Origin: Acidobacteriota bacterium
GTDB lineage: Bacteria; Acidobacteriota; Vicinamibacteria; Vicinamibacterales; CAVVIG01
Direction of reading: 5' to 3'
NCBI GenBank assembly: GCA_003222535.1
Contig: QHWJ01000336.1
Coordinates: forward strand, 6,026 to 70,025
Length of the DNA: 64,000 bases
Below the pieces are notes generated by a model. The model did no database searches. It saw nothing but the letters and a program-made list of their open reading frames with translations, and was not told where the DNA came from. The position numbers and the translations under genes were made by a program. Below, piece by piece: positions 26,798 to 35,073 of the stretch; the stretch's first letter is position 1, and every line of letters begins with the position of its first letter.

Positions 26798-27880
26798 ATG
26801 CCAAGGACACTAAGGGTACAAAGGACACAGAGGACGAAGGCGAGGGTGAGGGTGAGGCTGAGAACAGTCTTCGTCTTTGTGTCCTTTGTCACCTTTGTAT
26901 CCTTTGTGCCGATGGCGCTGGCGACATGCGGGGGCCGCAAGAATCCAGGCCTCCGCCCGGTAAAAATCGCCGTCGGCGGGCAGAACCAGATGGTCTACCT
27001 GCCGACCACGCTCGCTCGAGAGCTGGGTTTGTATCGCGACGAGGGGCTCGACGTCGAGCTGCAGGATTTCGCCGGCGGTGCGAAGGCGCTGCAGGCGCTC
27101 GTGGGCGGCAGCGCGGATGTGGTCTCCGGCTTCTACGATCACACCATCCAGATGGCCGCCGAAGGGCGAGAGGTCGTCGCCTTCGTCTCGATGCTCCGAT
27201 TCCCGGGGATGATCCTGGTCACCTCGCCGCAAGGCGCCGGGACCATCACGCGGATCGAAGACCTGAAAGGCCGGATCGCCGGCGTCACGACTGCGGGCTC
27301 GTCGTCTCAAATGATGCTGACGTCCATGCTCCAGCGGCATGGGGTGGCGCCCGACACCGTGAGCATCACGGCGATCGGCAGCGCGGCGACGGCGGTCGCC
27401 GCCATCGAGCACGGCAAGGTCGACGTGGGCATGATGGCGGACCCGGCGTTCACGCTGGTCTCGCGCCGCAATCCGGGTGTCCGCGTGCTCGCGGATCTCC
27501 GCACGGCAGCCGGCGTGAAAGAGGCGTTTGGCACCGGCACGTATCCTGGCGCCGTGCTGTACTCGAAGGGCGACTGGATCCGCGCGAATCGCGACACCAC
27601 GGAGCGATTGGCGCGCGTGATTACCCGGACGCTCACCTGGATGCAGACGCATACGCCGCAGGAGATAGCCGGGAAGATGCCGAAAGTATTCCGCGGCGAC
27701 GATGACGCGTTGTATGTGGAGGCGTTGAACAGCTCGATGCCGATGTTCTCGCCCGACGGCGTGATGGCGGCCGACGGCGCCGAGGCCGTGCGCACGCAGC
27801 TCGCAGGCTCCATCGAAAAGGTCCGCGCCGCGTCCATCGACGTCTCGAAAACCTATACGAACGAGTTCATCCGCCCATGA
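26798..27880 (+). CDS. ABC transporter substrate-binding lipoprotein (NMT1/SsuA-like)
   Basis: The mature part VKIAVGGQNQMVYLPTTLARELGLYRDEGLDVELQDF is typical of NMT1/THI5-like binding proteins. Lipobox LATC. Start at 26798 is inferred; the ATG at 26912 would leave no signal peptide. Confidence 0.75.
   Translation: MPRTLRVQRTQRTKARVRVRLRTVFVFVSFVTFVSFVPMALATCGGRKNPGLRPVKIAVGGQNQMVYLPTTLARELGLYRDEGLDVELQDFAGGAKALQALVGGSADVVSGFYDHTIQMAAEGREVVAFVSMLRFPGMILVTSPQGAGTITRIEDLKGRIAGVTTAGSSSQMMLTSMLQRHGVAPDTVSITAIGSAATAVAAIEHGKVDVGMMADPAFTLVSRRNPGVRVLADLRTAAGVKEAFGTGTYPGAVLYSKGDWIRANRDTTERLARVITRTLTWMQTHTPQEIAGKMPKVFRGDDDALYVEALNSSMPMFSPDGVMAADGAEAVRTQLAGSIEKVRAASIDVSKTYTNEFIRP
26802..26910. repeat. 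imperfect inverted repeat of AAGGACA-type short units (~38-nt arms)
   Basis: The left arm CAAGGACACTAAGGGTACAAAGGACACAGAGGACGAAGG pairs with the right arm TCTTCGTCTTTGTGTCCTTTGTCACCTTTGTATCCTTTG. Confidence 0.75.
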
Positions 27881-27891
27881 CCCCCTGAGCA

Positions 27892-28806
27892 ATGACCATT
27901 GACGTGGACGCCAAGACGATCCTCTTCATCGGGCTCGGTGTCGTGCTGGTCGTGTACGCGGCCACGCTGATTCGCGGCGGCTTCATCATGCCGACCGTCC
28001 TGCAAACCGCGATCGGCTTCGTCACGGCGTTCTTCGACACGCTCGGCATCGGCTCGTTTGCGACGACGACCGCGGCATACAAGCTGCGGAGCATGGTGCC
28101 GGTCAAGCTGATTCCCGGCACGCTGAACGTCGGCCACACGCTGGCGACCATCGCGCAGGCCTTCATTTTCACCAAGCTCGTGCCGGTCGAGTCGAAGACG
28201 CTCGTGCTGATGATCGGGGCCGCCGTCGCCGGCTCGTGGCTCGGCGCCGGCGTGGTCGTGCGCTGGCCCCGGCGCAAGATTCAGATCGGCATGGGCCTCG
28301 CGCTCCTCGGCGCCGCGACGCTGATGCTCATGACCGCGCTGCACCTGTTCCCGTCCGGTGGCGACACGCTCGGTCTGTCCGGTGTCCAGCTGATCGTCGG
28401 TGTGACCGGCAATCTCATGCTCGGGGCGCTGATGATGCTCGGCATCGGTCTCTACGGGCCCTGCATGATCCTGATCTACCTGCTGGGGATGAATCCCCTC
28501 GCCGCCTTCCCGATCATGATGGGCTCGTGCGCGTTTCTGATGCCCATCAGCAGCGCGCGCTTCGTGGCCGCGCAGACCTATCACAGCCAGGCTGCGCTCG
28601 GCCTTGCGCTTGGCGGATTGCCGGCGGCCGTGATCGCGGGCCTCTATGTGGGATCGATGCGCCTCGACTACGTGCGCTGGCTCGTGGTCGCGGTCGTCGT
28701 CTACACCTCGATCACCATGCTGCTGACGGCGAACGCAGGGCAGGAAGGCCAGGTCGATCCCGTCCCGGAGCGCGAAGGCGTCAGCCGAGTGAGAGCGGGC
28801 AGGTAG
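27892..28806 (+). CDS. TauE/SafE-family (DUF81) anion exporter
   Basis: 304 aa polytopic membrane protein with two homologous halves and Gly-rich helices. Confidence 0.7.
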   Translation: MTIDVDAKTILFIGLGVVLVVYAATLIRGGFIMPTVLQTAIGFVTAFFDTLGIGSFATTTAAYKLRSMVPVKLIPGTLNVGHTLATIAQAFIFTKLVPVESKTLVLMIGAAVAGSWLGAGVVVRWPRRKIQIGMGLALLGAATLMLMTALHLFPSGGDTLGLSGVQLIVGVTGNLMLGALMMLGIGLYGPCMILIYLLGMNPLAAFPIMMGSCAFLMPISSARFVAAQTYHSQAALGLALGGLPAAVIAGLYVGSMRLDYVRWLVVAVVVYTSITMLLTANAGQEGQVDPVPEREGVSRVRAGR

Positions 28807-28842
28807 GGGTGGACGGGCGGCACCTCAGCGTGGCGAAGGCGA

Positions 28843-29856
28843 ATGCGTAAACCTGTTGTCCTCATCACCGGGGCCGGCGGCGAAATCGGCCACGGCCTCG
28901 TCACCCGCCTCGCCGGATCCGGCCCGCCGATCATCACGCTTGACGTCACCCCGCTCGATCGGTCGCTCGCGCCGCTCGTCGCGCGCGAGTTCATCGGCTC
29001 GATCACCGACATCAGCCTGCTCGATCGCGTGCTGGCCGAGTTCGAGGTCGAACGCGTGTTTCATCTCGCGGCGCTCCTGTCGGCGCGAGCGGAATTCACG
29101 CCGGTGACCGCGCATCACGTCAACGTCGAGGGCACGCTCAATCTGCTGGAGTTCGCTCAGCGCCAGGGAGAATCGCACGGCCGCCCCGTCCTGTTCATTT
29201 ACCCCTCGTCCATTGCCGCGTACGGCCTGCCGGATCTCGAGACGAAGATGCGCGCCGGCGCGGTCACCGAAGATCAGTACGCGCATCCGACGACGATGTA
29301 TGGGTGCAACAAGCTGTATTGCGAGCAGCTCGGGCACTACTACGCGAAGCACTACAAGCAGTTGTCGGCCGACGCGATCGCACGCGTGGACTTCCGGTCG
29401 GTCCGGTTTCCCGGGCTGATCTCCGCGATCACCGTGCCGTCTGGCGGCACGTCGGATTACGCGCCGGAGATGATTCATGCCGCAGCGAAAGGTGAGCGCT
29501 ACGACTGCTTCGTGCGTCCCGACACGACCATTCCGTACATGACGATGCCCGACGGCGTGGACGCGCTGCTGGCGCTGGCCGACGCGGCGCGCGACCGGCT
29601 CACGCAATCCGCCTACAACCTCACCGCCTTCAACCCTTCCGCCGCCGAGATCCGCGACGTCGTCGTCGGCGCGTTTTCGTCGGCCGCGATCGGCTACAGG
29701 GTCGACCCCAAGCGGCAGGGCATCGTCGACTCGTGGCCGGCCGCCGTGGACGACTCCGCGGCGCGCCGCGACTGGGGATTCGCTCCCAAGTGCGACTTCG
29801 AGCGCGCGTTCCGGGAGTACCTGATCCCGACGATTCGGCAGCGGTACCATCGGTAG
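28843..29856 (+). CDS. NAD-dependent epimerase/dehydratase family protein (L-threonine 3-dehydrogenase-like)
   Basis: TGAGGEIG Rossmann motif and YGCNKLY catalytic YxxxK. 337 aa. Confidence 0.8.
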   Translation: MRKPVVLITGAGGEIGHGLVTRLAGSGPPIITLDVTPLDRSLAPLVAREFIGSITDISLLDRVLAEFEVERVFHLAALLSARAEFTPVTAHHVNVEGTLNLLEFAQRQGESHGRPVLFIYPSSIAAYGLPDLETKMRAGAVTEDQYAHPTTMYGCNKLYCEQLGHYYAKHYKQLSADAIARVDFRSVRFPGLISAITVPSGGTSDYAPEMIHAAAKGERYDCFVRPDTTIPYMTMPDGVDALLALADAARDRLTQSAYNLTAFNPSAAEIRDVVVGAFSSAAIGYRVDPKRQGIVDSWPAAVDDSAARRDWGFAPKCDFERAFREYLIPTIRQRYHR

Positions 29857-29870
29857 CCGCCAAAAACAAC

Positions 29871-30222
29871 CTCACCACGAAAACACGAAAGACGCGAAGG
29901 ACACGAAAAGGAAAAACCACTGAGACACAGAGCAACAAAGGCGCGCCCTGGGAGATTCGGCGGGCCGGCCTGCGTAGCAGGCCGAGATGCGCAGCCGGAG
30001 TCGACCGAGACACGAACCGTTATGTGATCTGGCCGGCTCGTGTCCCGGTCGACTCCGGTTGCGCTACGCCGCTTCGCGGCGCCCGCTGAATCGATCCGGC
30101 GCGCCATGCTCTGCGGGCTTTGCGGGCTCTGCGTTGACCGTCGTCAGCTCAATTGTAGGGTGACACGAAATCCACGGTTTCCTGTGAGCCTCTGTGTCTC
30201 GGTGGTGAAGCGTTTTCTTTGT
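29871..30222. repeat. ~350-bp nested palindromic non-coding element
   Basis: Outer arms CCACTGAGACACAGAG (29918-29933) and CTCTGTGTCTCGGTGG (30190-30205). Inner arms GCGCAGCCGGAGTCGACCGAGACACGA (29989-30015) and TCGTGTCCCGGTCGACTCCGGTTGCGC (30038-30064). A CACGAAA heptamer run lies at 29873-29917. Confidence 0.8.
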
Positions 30223-30235
30223 CCGACAAGTTAAG

Positions 30236-31231
30236 ATGAGCGCGGGTATGGAATCGGTCACCGCCTTTGCGCCCGCGACCGTGTCGAATGTCGCGTGCGG
30301 GTTCGACGTCCTCGGCTTCGCGCTCAATCGGCCTGGCGACGAAGTGACCGCGCGCTTCGCGCCGGGTGCGGTGCGCATCGACGAAATCACCGGCGATCAG
30401 GGCCGCCTCCCACGCGACGCGGCGAAGAACACGGCCGGCGTCGCCGCGCAGGCGCTGCTCACGATCCTCGGCGAGCGTCGCGGTGTGGCGATCTCCATCC
30501 GCAAAGGCCTGCCGCTGTCGAGCGGTCTCGGCGGCAGCGCCGCCAGCGCGGTCGCGGCCGTCGTGGCGGTCGATGGTCTGCTCGGCGCGCACACGCCGCT
30601 CGAGACGCTGATGGCCTGCGCATTCGAAGGCGAGCGCATCGGCGCCGGATCGGCGCACGGCGACAACATCGCGCCGGCGGTCTACGGCGGGTTCGTGCTG
30701 GTGCGTGTACCCAATCCACCCGACGTCGTGCGCCTGCCCGTACCGCCGGGTCTGACTGCGGTCGTCGTGCACCCGGATCTCGAGATCGAGACCGCCCGCG
30801 CCCGCGCGCTCCTCGGCACGACGGTGCCGCTCGGCGACGCGATTCGCCAATGGGCGAACCTCGGCGCGCTCGTCGACGCCCTGCACCGCGCCGACTTCGC
30901 GCTGCTGTCGCGTGCGCTCGAGGACACCATTGCCGAGCCGCGGCGCGCGTCGCTCGTCCCCGGCCTGGCGGCCATCAAGCAGGCGGCCGTCGACTCCGGC
31001 GCCCTCGGCTGCAGCCTCTCCGGCTCGGGGCCGTCGCTGTTCGCCCTCTGTCGTGACGCGACGTCCGCTCATGCCGTCGCGGCCGCGATGACCGACGCCG
31101 TCAGACAGCACATCGGCGGCGAGCCCGAGACCTACGTATCGCCGATTGCGCCTACCGGCGCCCGCGTCGTATCTCGGGCGGGCCCGACACGCCTCAACTC
31201 TCAAGGCTCAAGTCTCAAGTCTGAGCGTTGA
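30236..31231 (+). CDS. thrB: homoserine kinase
   Basis: GHMP kinase motif GLPLSSGLGGSAASAVAAV. N-terminal FAPATVSNVACGFDVLG. The C-terminal codons and TGA lie in a repeat element. Confidence 0.9.
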   Translation: MSAGMESVTAFAPATVSNVACGFDVLGFALNRPGDEVTARFAPGAVRIDEITGDQGRLPRDAAKNTAGVAAQALLTILGERRGVAISIRKGLPLSSGLGGSAASAVAAVVAVDGLLGAHTPLETLMACAFEGERIGAGSAHGDNIAPAVYGGFVLVRVPNPPDVVRLPVPPGLTAVVVHPDLEIETARARALLGTTVPLGDAIRQWANLGALVDALHRADFALLSRALEDTIAEPRRASLVPGLAAIKQAAVDSGALGCSLSGSGPSLFALCRDATSAHAVAAAMTDAVRQHIGGEPETYVSPIAPTGARVVSRAGPTRLNSQGSSLKSER

Positions 31232-31259
31232 AAAGTTGAGCGTTGAGAGTTGAGAGTTG
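31193..31259. repeat. inverted repeat of CTCAAG/GAGTTGA short units spanning the thrB stop and thrC start
   Basis: CTCAACTCTCAAGGCTCAAGTCTCAAGTC ... GAGCGTTGAAAAGTTGAGCGTTGAGAGTTGAGAGTTG. Confidence 0.8.
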
Positions 31260-32663
31260 CGCTTCGTCACGACACGCCACGGCGGGCCGGTTTCTTTCAC
31301 CGACGCGCTCTTCGAAGGGCTGGCGCCGGACGGCGGCCTCTACGTTCCCGAAACAATCGAGCCCTGGACCGCCGACGAGCTGTCGCGGCTTCCGCGGCGC
31401 ACGCTGACCGAAATCGGCCTTCGCGCATTGAGGCCGTTCACCCGCGGTGAGATCGATCCCGCCACGCTCGAAGCGGTGGTCGTCGAGGCGCTGAACTTCC
31501 CGATCCCGCTCGTCGAGGTCGAGCCGCGCGTCTTCGCGCTCGAGCTGTTTCACGGTCCGACGTTCGCCTTCAAGGACGTCGGCGCGCGCGTCATGGCGCG
31601 CCTGATGGCGTCGCAGCATCGCGGCGACGAGCCGCTCACCGTCGTCGTCGCGACGTCCGGCGATACCGGCAGCGCCGTCGCGCACGCCTTCCACCGCGTC
31701 CCGAGCACGCGCGTCGTCATCCTGTATCCGGACGGCCGCGTCAGCCCGACGCAGGAAGCGCAGCTGACGATGTTCAACGGGGAGCGAACGAACGTCAGGG
31801 CGTACGCCGTGGCCGGCACCTTCGACGATTGTCACCGGCTGACACGCGACGTGTTCGGCGACACCGATCTGCGGCGGCGGATGCGGCTGACATCCGCCAA
31901 CTCGGTGAACGTTGGGCGGCTGCTGCCGCAATCGATCTACTACTTCCACGCGGTCGCCCAGCTCGCGAGGCTGGAGGGGCAGGATCGTCAGGACAGGCAG
32001 GATGGCCAGGACGGATCGGTAGTGCTCTCCACGCCGAGCGGGAACTTCGGCAACCTGACCGCCGGCCTGATCGCGAAGCGCGCGGGCCTTCCGATCGGGC
32101 GGTTCGTCGCCGCGACCAATGCGAACGACGTCGTGCCGGCCTACCTCGAGACCGGCCGCTTCGAGCCGCGCGCGTCTGTCCAGACGCTTGCGAACGCGAT
32201 GGACGTCGGCGACCCGAGCAACTTCGAGCGGATGTCCTGGCTGTACGGCGGCGATCTCGAGGCGATGCGCCACGACATTGCCGGCAGCCGCCATGACGAC
32301 AACGACGTGCGGGGGACCATCCGACGCGTGTACGAGGAACGAGGCTATCTGCTCGATCCCCACAGCGCGATCGCCTATATGGGGCTGAAAGAGCAGGTGG
32401 GTCACATAGGTCAGGTGGGTCAGGTAGGGCGGGAAGGGTACGTAGGGCCCCGCTTCGGCGGGGCCGGCGGCTTCAGCGGAGCCGGGCAAGTCGGGATCTT
32501 TCTGGCGACCGCGCATCCCGCGAAGTTTGCGGAAGTCGTCGAGCCGATCATCGGGCGCGCGGTCGAGAAGCCGCCACCGCTGGCGCAAGCGCTCGCGCGC
32601 CCCCGACACATCATCCGAATCGAACCCTCGCTCACCGCGGTGAAAGGGATGCTGGATGGGTGA
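31257..32663 (+). CDS. thrC: threonine synthase with two in-frame repeat-derived insertions
   Basis: PLP-lysine region PTFAFKDVG, then STPSGNFGN and TAHPAKF. TTG start. The extra segments are GQDRQDRQDGQDG and VGHIGQVGQVGREGYVGPRFGGAGGFSGAG. Confidence 0.9.
   Translation: MRFVTTRHGGPVSFTDALFEGLAPDGGLYVPETIEPWTADELSRLPRRTLTEIGLRALRPFTRGEIDPATLEAVVVEALNFPIPLVEVEPRVFALELFHGPTFAFKDVGARVMARLMASQHRGDEPLTVVVATSGDTGSAVAHAFHRVPSTRVVILYPDGRVSPTQEAQLTMFNGERTNVRAYAVAGTFDDCHRLTRDVFGDTDLRRRMRLTSANSVNVGRLLPQSIYYFHAVAQLARLEGQDRQDRQDGQDGSVVLSTPSGNFGNLTAGLIAKRAGLPIGRFVAATNANDVVPAYLETGRFEPRASVQTLANAMDVGDPSNFERMSWLYGGDLEAMRHDIAGSRHDDNDVRGTIRRVYEERGYLLDPHSAIAYMGLKEQVGHIGQVGQVGREGYVGPRFGGAGGFSGAGQVGIFLATAHPAKFAEVVEPIIGRAVEKPPPLAQALARPRHIIRIEPSLTAVKGMLDG
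31975..32012. repeat. intragenic 9-nt tandem repeat (CAGGAYNGN x4) in thrC
   Basis: cag gat cgt / cag gac agg / cag gat ggc / cag gac gga. Confidence 0.7.
32392..32490. repeat. intragenic 9-nt array plus a canonical REP hairpin in thrC
   Basis: 9-mers GTGGGTCAC/ATAGGTCAG/GTGGGTCAG/GTAGGGCGG, then GTAG (32442-32445), GGCCCCGC-TTCG-GCGGGGCC (32446-32465). 32412-32433 is identical to the reverse complement of 24993-25014. Confidence 0.8.
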
Positions 32664-32952
32664 GTCGGGAACGTTCCGATATCGTCCTGACGTCCTGGAT
32701 CACTTGCTGCGACACGGCGTCCGGCCGACCGATCGCACGCGGCCGGACCTCGTGCGCGACTTCGTGCGTGATCTTTACAAGTACGAGATCCGCTGCCTCC
32801 GCGAACGGTACCTGCGTCGCGATTTCCCGAAGAGGGAGTACGCCGGTCGCGTCGACGCGCTGCGCCGGCGGTACATCGTCCTCGCGCTGCACGCGCGTGA
32901 GTTCGTCGAGTCTTCTACCTCAATACCTTCAACTTCAAGCGACTCGGCGTAG
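32656..32952 (+). CDS. small hypothetical protein (98 aa)
   Basis: Overlaps the thrC stop by 8 nt. Host-like codon usage. No family recognised. Confidence 0.35.
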   Translation: MGESGTFRYRPDVLDHLLRHGVRPTDRTRPDLVRDFVRDLYKYEIRCLRERYLRRDFPKREYAGRVDALRRRYIVLALHAREFVESSTSIPSTSSDSA

Positions 32953-33174
32953 GCAATTCGAACCCAACTCTGAGTCGCAACCACATTCACGATCTCACCG
33001 CTTTCATTCCCCCGTTGGACGATGAGGACGCCGATGTGCTTGCCGGCCGGGTTTACGACTACGTGTGGCAGCGTAGCTCGAACGCGGAAGGCTCGTTCCT
33101 GTCCACCAGCATGGATTGATGCTGGCAATCTTTTGAACTATCGTAGTCGCACCCCCTCTCATCGGACGTCATCC

Positions 33175-33972
33175 ATGATCATTGCCCTGGCGTCGCCTCG
33201 TATCGCCTCAGCGCTTGATGAGGGCCTGGACAAGATCAAGCTGTTCCTGTCCGAAGCTTCGGCTCGAGGCGCGGAGATCGTGTGTTTCCCGGAAGCCTAT
33301 CTCCCAGGTTTGCGGGGACAGGATTTTGAAGTATTGCCTTTTGATCGGGCGCATCAGGAACGGGCGCTGGAGGCGGTGGCGCAGTGGGCGCGAACGTATG
33401 CGGTGGCCACCATCCTCGGGATGGAAAGGCTCACGGAGGCGGGGCGGCAAATTGTCGCCTTTGTCATTGACGCCCAAGGCCAGATTCAAGGATACCAGAC
33501 CAAGAACCAACTGGATCCGACCGAAGATCGGTTCTATGTGCCCGGACATTCGCGGCGACTCTTCGAGATCAAAGGGATCAAGTTTGGAGTGGTGATTTGC
33601 CATGAGGGCTGGCGCTATCCCGAGACGGTGCGATGGGCGGCGGTGCGGGGCGCCAAAATCGTCTTTCATCCCCACCACACGGGGAGTGATCGAGAAGGTG
33701 TCCGTCTGACGCAATGGGGCAGCGGGCCTTACTACGAGAAGGCGATGATCAATCGCAGCATGGAGAACACGATCTACTTTGCCAGTGTCAATTATGCTTT
33801 GCGCTTCCAAGAATCGGCGACAAGTCTCATCGCCCCGTCGGGCCGGTGCCAGGCGTACTTGCCCTATGGGCAGGAAGGCGTACTCGTGCAGGCCATCAAC
33901 GTCGAGGAAGCAACGGGTTTGCTGGCCGCTCGATACGCACCCGAGCGTTATCAAGAATTCACGCTGGAGTGA
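33175..33972 (+). CDS. carbon-nitrogen hydrolase (nitrilase superfamily)
   Basis: VCFPEAY (catalytic Glu region), ...GVVICHEGWRYPE (catalytic Cys). 265 aa from the internal ATG. Clearly more A/T-ending codons than its neighbours. Confidence 0.8.
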   Translation: MIIALASPRIASALDEGLDKIKLFLSEASARGAEIVCFPEAYLPGLRGQDFEVLPFDRAHQERALEAVAQWARTYAVATILGMERLTEAGRQIVAFVIDAQGQIQGYQTKNQLDPTEDRFYVPGHSRRLFEIKGIKFGVVICHEGWRYPETVRWAAVRGAKIVFHPHHTGSDREGVRLTQWGSGPYYEKAMINRSMENTIYFASVNYALRFQESATSLIAPSGRCQAYLPYGQEGVLVQAINVEEATGLLAARYAPERYQEFTLE

Positions 33973-33984
33973 GCGCCTGCCGCG

Positions 33985-34494
33985 CTAGAACGCAATCCCG
34001 ATGTTCGCGAGGCGAACGTTCGGCAACACGGACGGCGCGCCGTATCCGTCGGCGTCTTTGCCGAACAAACGCGTCAGGCCGAAGCCAAGGTTTACGCTCG
34101 CATTCCGCTTCGGCCCGAACAGCCATGCGTGGCCGATCTCGAGCCCTGCGCCAGGAAGCACGGTCGCGCGGCGGCTGTAGTTCTCGAAATGGTAGACGCC
34201 CGTCCGTGCGCCAAGATAGAACCCGTCTAGCGCCGCCTGCTGCGGATACCACCGCACCAGGAGCGATGCGCTCCTATAGTCCATCTCGTCGAACGTGGAC
34301 GCCGCCACGCCCCAAGTCGTCGCCGGGGTGATCTTCCGTTCGTACTCGACGTTGAACCATTTCACGATCGCACCGAGCGGATTGGTCGAAATGACCTGCT
34401 GGTGCGGCACGGGCGCCTTTGTCGATTCGGTCTGAGCCTGCGCGGCGGCCGCGAACAGGGCGGCGATGACGACGGTCGTGAGTGTGTGGCGCAT
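33985..34494 (-). CDS. small outer-membrane beta-barrel protein
   Basis: Signal peptide MRHTLTTVVIAALFAAAAQAQ, alternating strands, C-terminal NIGIAF. Confidence 0.65.
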   Translation of the reverse strand: MRHTLTTVVIAALFAAAAQAQTESTKAPVPHQQVISTNPLGAIVKWFNVEYERKITPATTWGVAASTFDEMDYRSASLLVRWYPQQAALDGFYLGARTGVYHFENYSRRATVLPGAGLEIGHAWLFGPKRNASVNLGFGLTRLFGKDADGYGAPSVLPNVRLANIGIAF

Positions 34495-34542
34495 AACCTG
34501 CCTTTCACCGGATAATGCGCAGGCCGCCGGCAGAACGGCTCA

Positions 34543-35073
34543 ATGACCGCCGATTCCCCGCAACCGCCGCCCGCAGAGGAGCTTGCGCCGCTCGTGTACG
34601 ACGAGCTGCGCCGGCTCGCCGCCGCGTACATGCGGCGGGAGCGTCCCGGCCAGACGCTGCAGGCGACGGCGCTCGTGCACGAGGCGTATCTGCGGCTGGC
34701 GGGCGCCGGCACGCCATGGCACGACGAGCGGCATTTCGTCGGCATCGCCGCGCGATCGATGCGGCAGATTCTGGTCGAGCGCGCGCGCGCGCGCGGCGCG
34801 CAGAAGCGTTGGGCGGAGCTCGACCGCGTGTCGATGACCGATGCGCTCGCGGTCGCGGCGGATCCTGCCGGGACGCTGCCCGCGCTGGACGAGGCGCTGA
34901 CACGGCTCGAAGAGATCGATCCCGAGCAGGCGCGGATCGTGGAGCTGCGCTACTTCGCCGGCCTCAGCATCGAAGAGACGGCCGACGCGCTCGGCATCTC
35001 GCCGGCCACAGTGAAGCGGCGCTGGGCGCTCGCTCGCGCCTGGCTCTTTCGCGACCTGAGCGGACCCGCATGA
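34543..35073 (+). CDS. ECF-type sigma-70 factor (TIGR02999-like, kinase-associated group)
   Basis: LAPLVYDELRRLAAAYMRRERPGQTLQATALVHEAYLRL, and region 4 IVELRYFAGLSIEETADALGISPATVKRRW. Confidence 0.85.
   Translation: MTADSPQPPPAEELAPLVYDELRRLAAAYMRRERPGQTLQATALVHEAYLRLAGAGTPWHDERHFVGIAARSMRQILVERARARGAQKRWAELDRVSMTDALAVAADPAGTLPALDEALTRLEEIDPEQARIVELRYFAGLSIEETADALGISPATVKRRWALARAWLFRDLSGPA

Noticed and set aside
29857-30235. A threonine attenuator leader peptide or riboswitch upstream of thrB.
   Set aside because: I could find no short ORF rich in Thr/Ile codons, and I do not recognise any riboswitch consensus. The structure resembles the repeat elements seen elsewhere in the window.
32948-32975. 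GGGTTCGAATTGCC on the minus strand as a tRNA gene or tRNA 3' fragment marking an integration site.
   Set aside because: The flanking bases cannot form a T-stem or an acceptor stem, and no cloverleaf can be drawn. I mention it only as a weak edge marker of the low-GC island.
32775-33128. A 117-aa minus-strand ORF as a toxin-like small gene (the HVVV...IVNVVAT segment is vaguely reminiscent of small toxin folds).
   Set aside because: I recognise no motif. Its 3' half overlaps the + strand ORF 32656..32952. It is more likely a gene fragment or a chance ORF.
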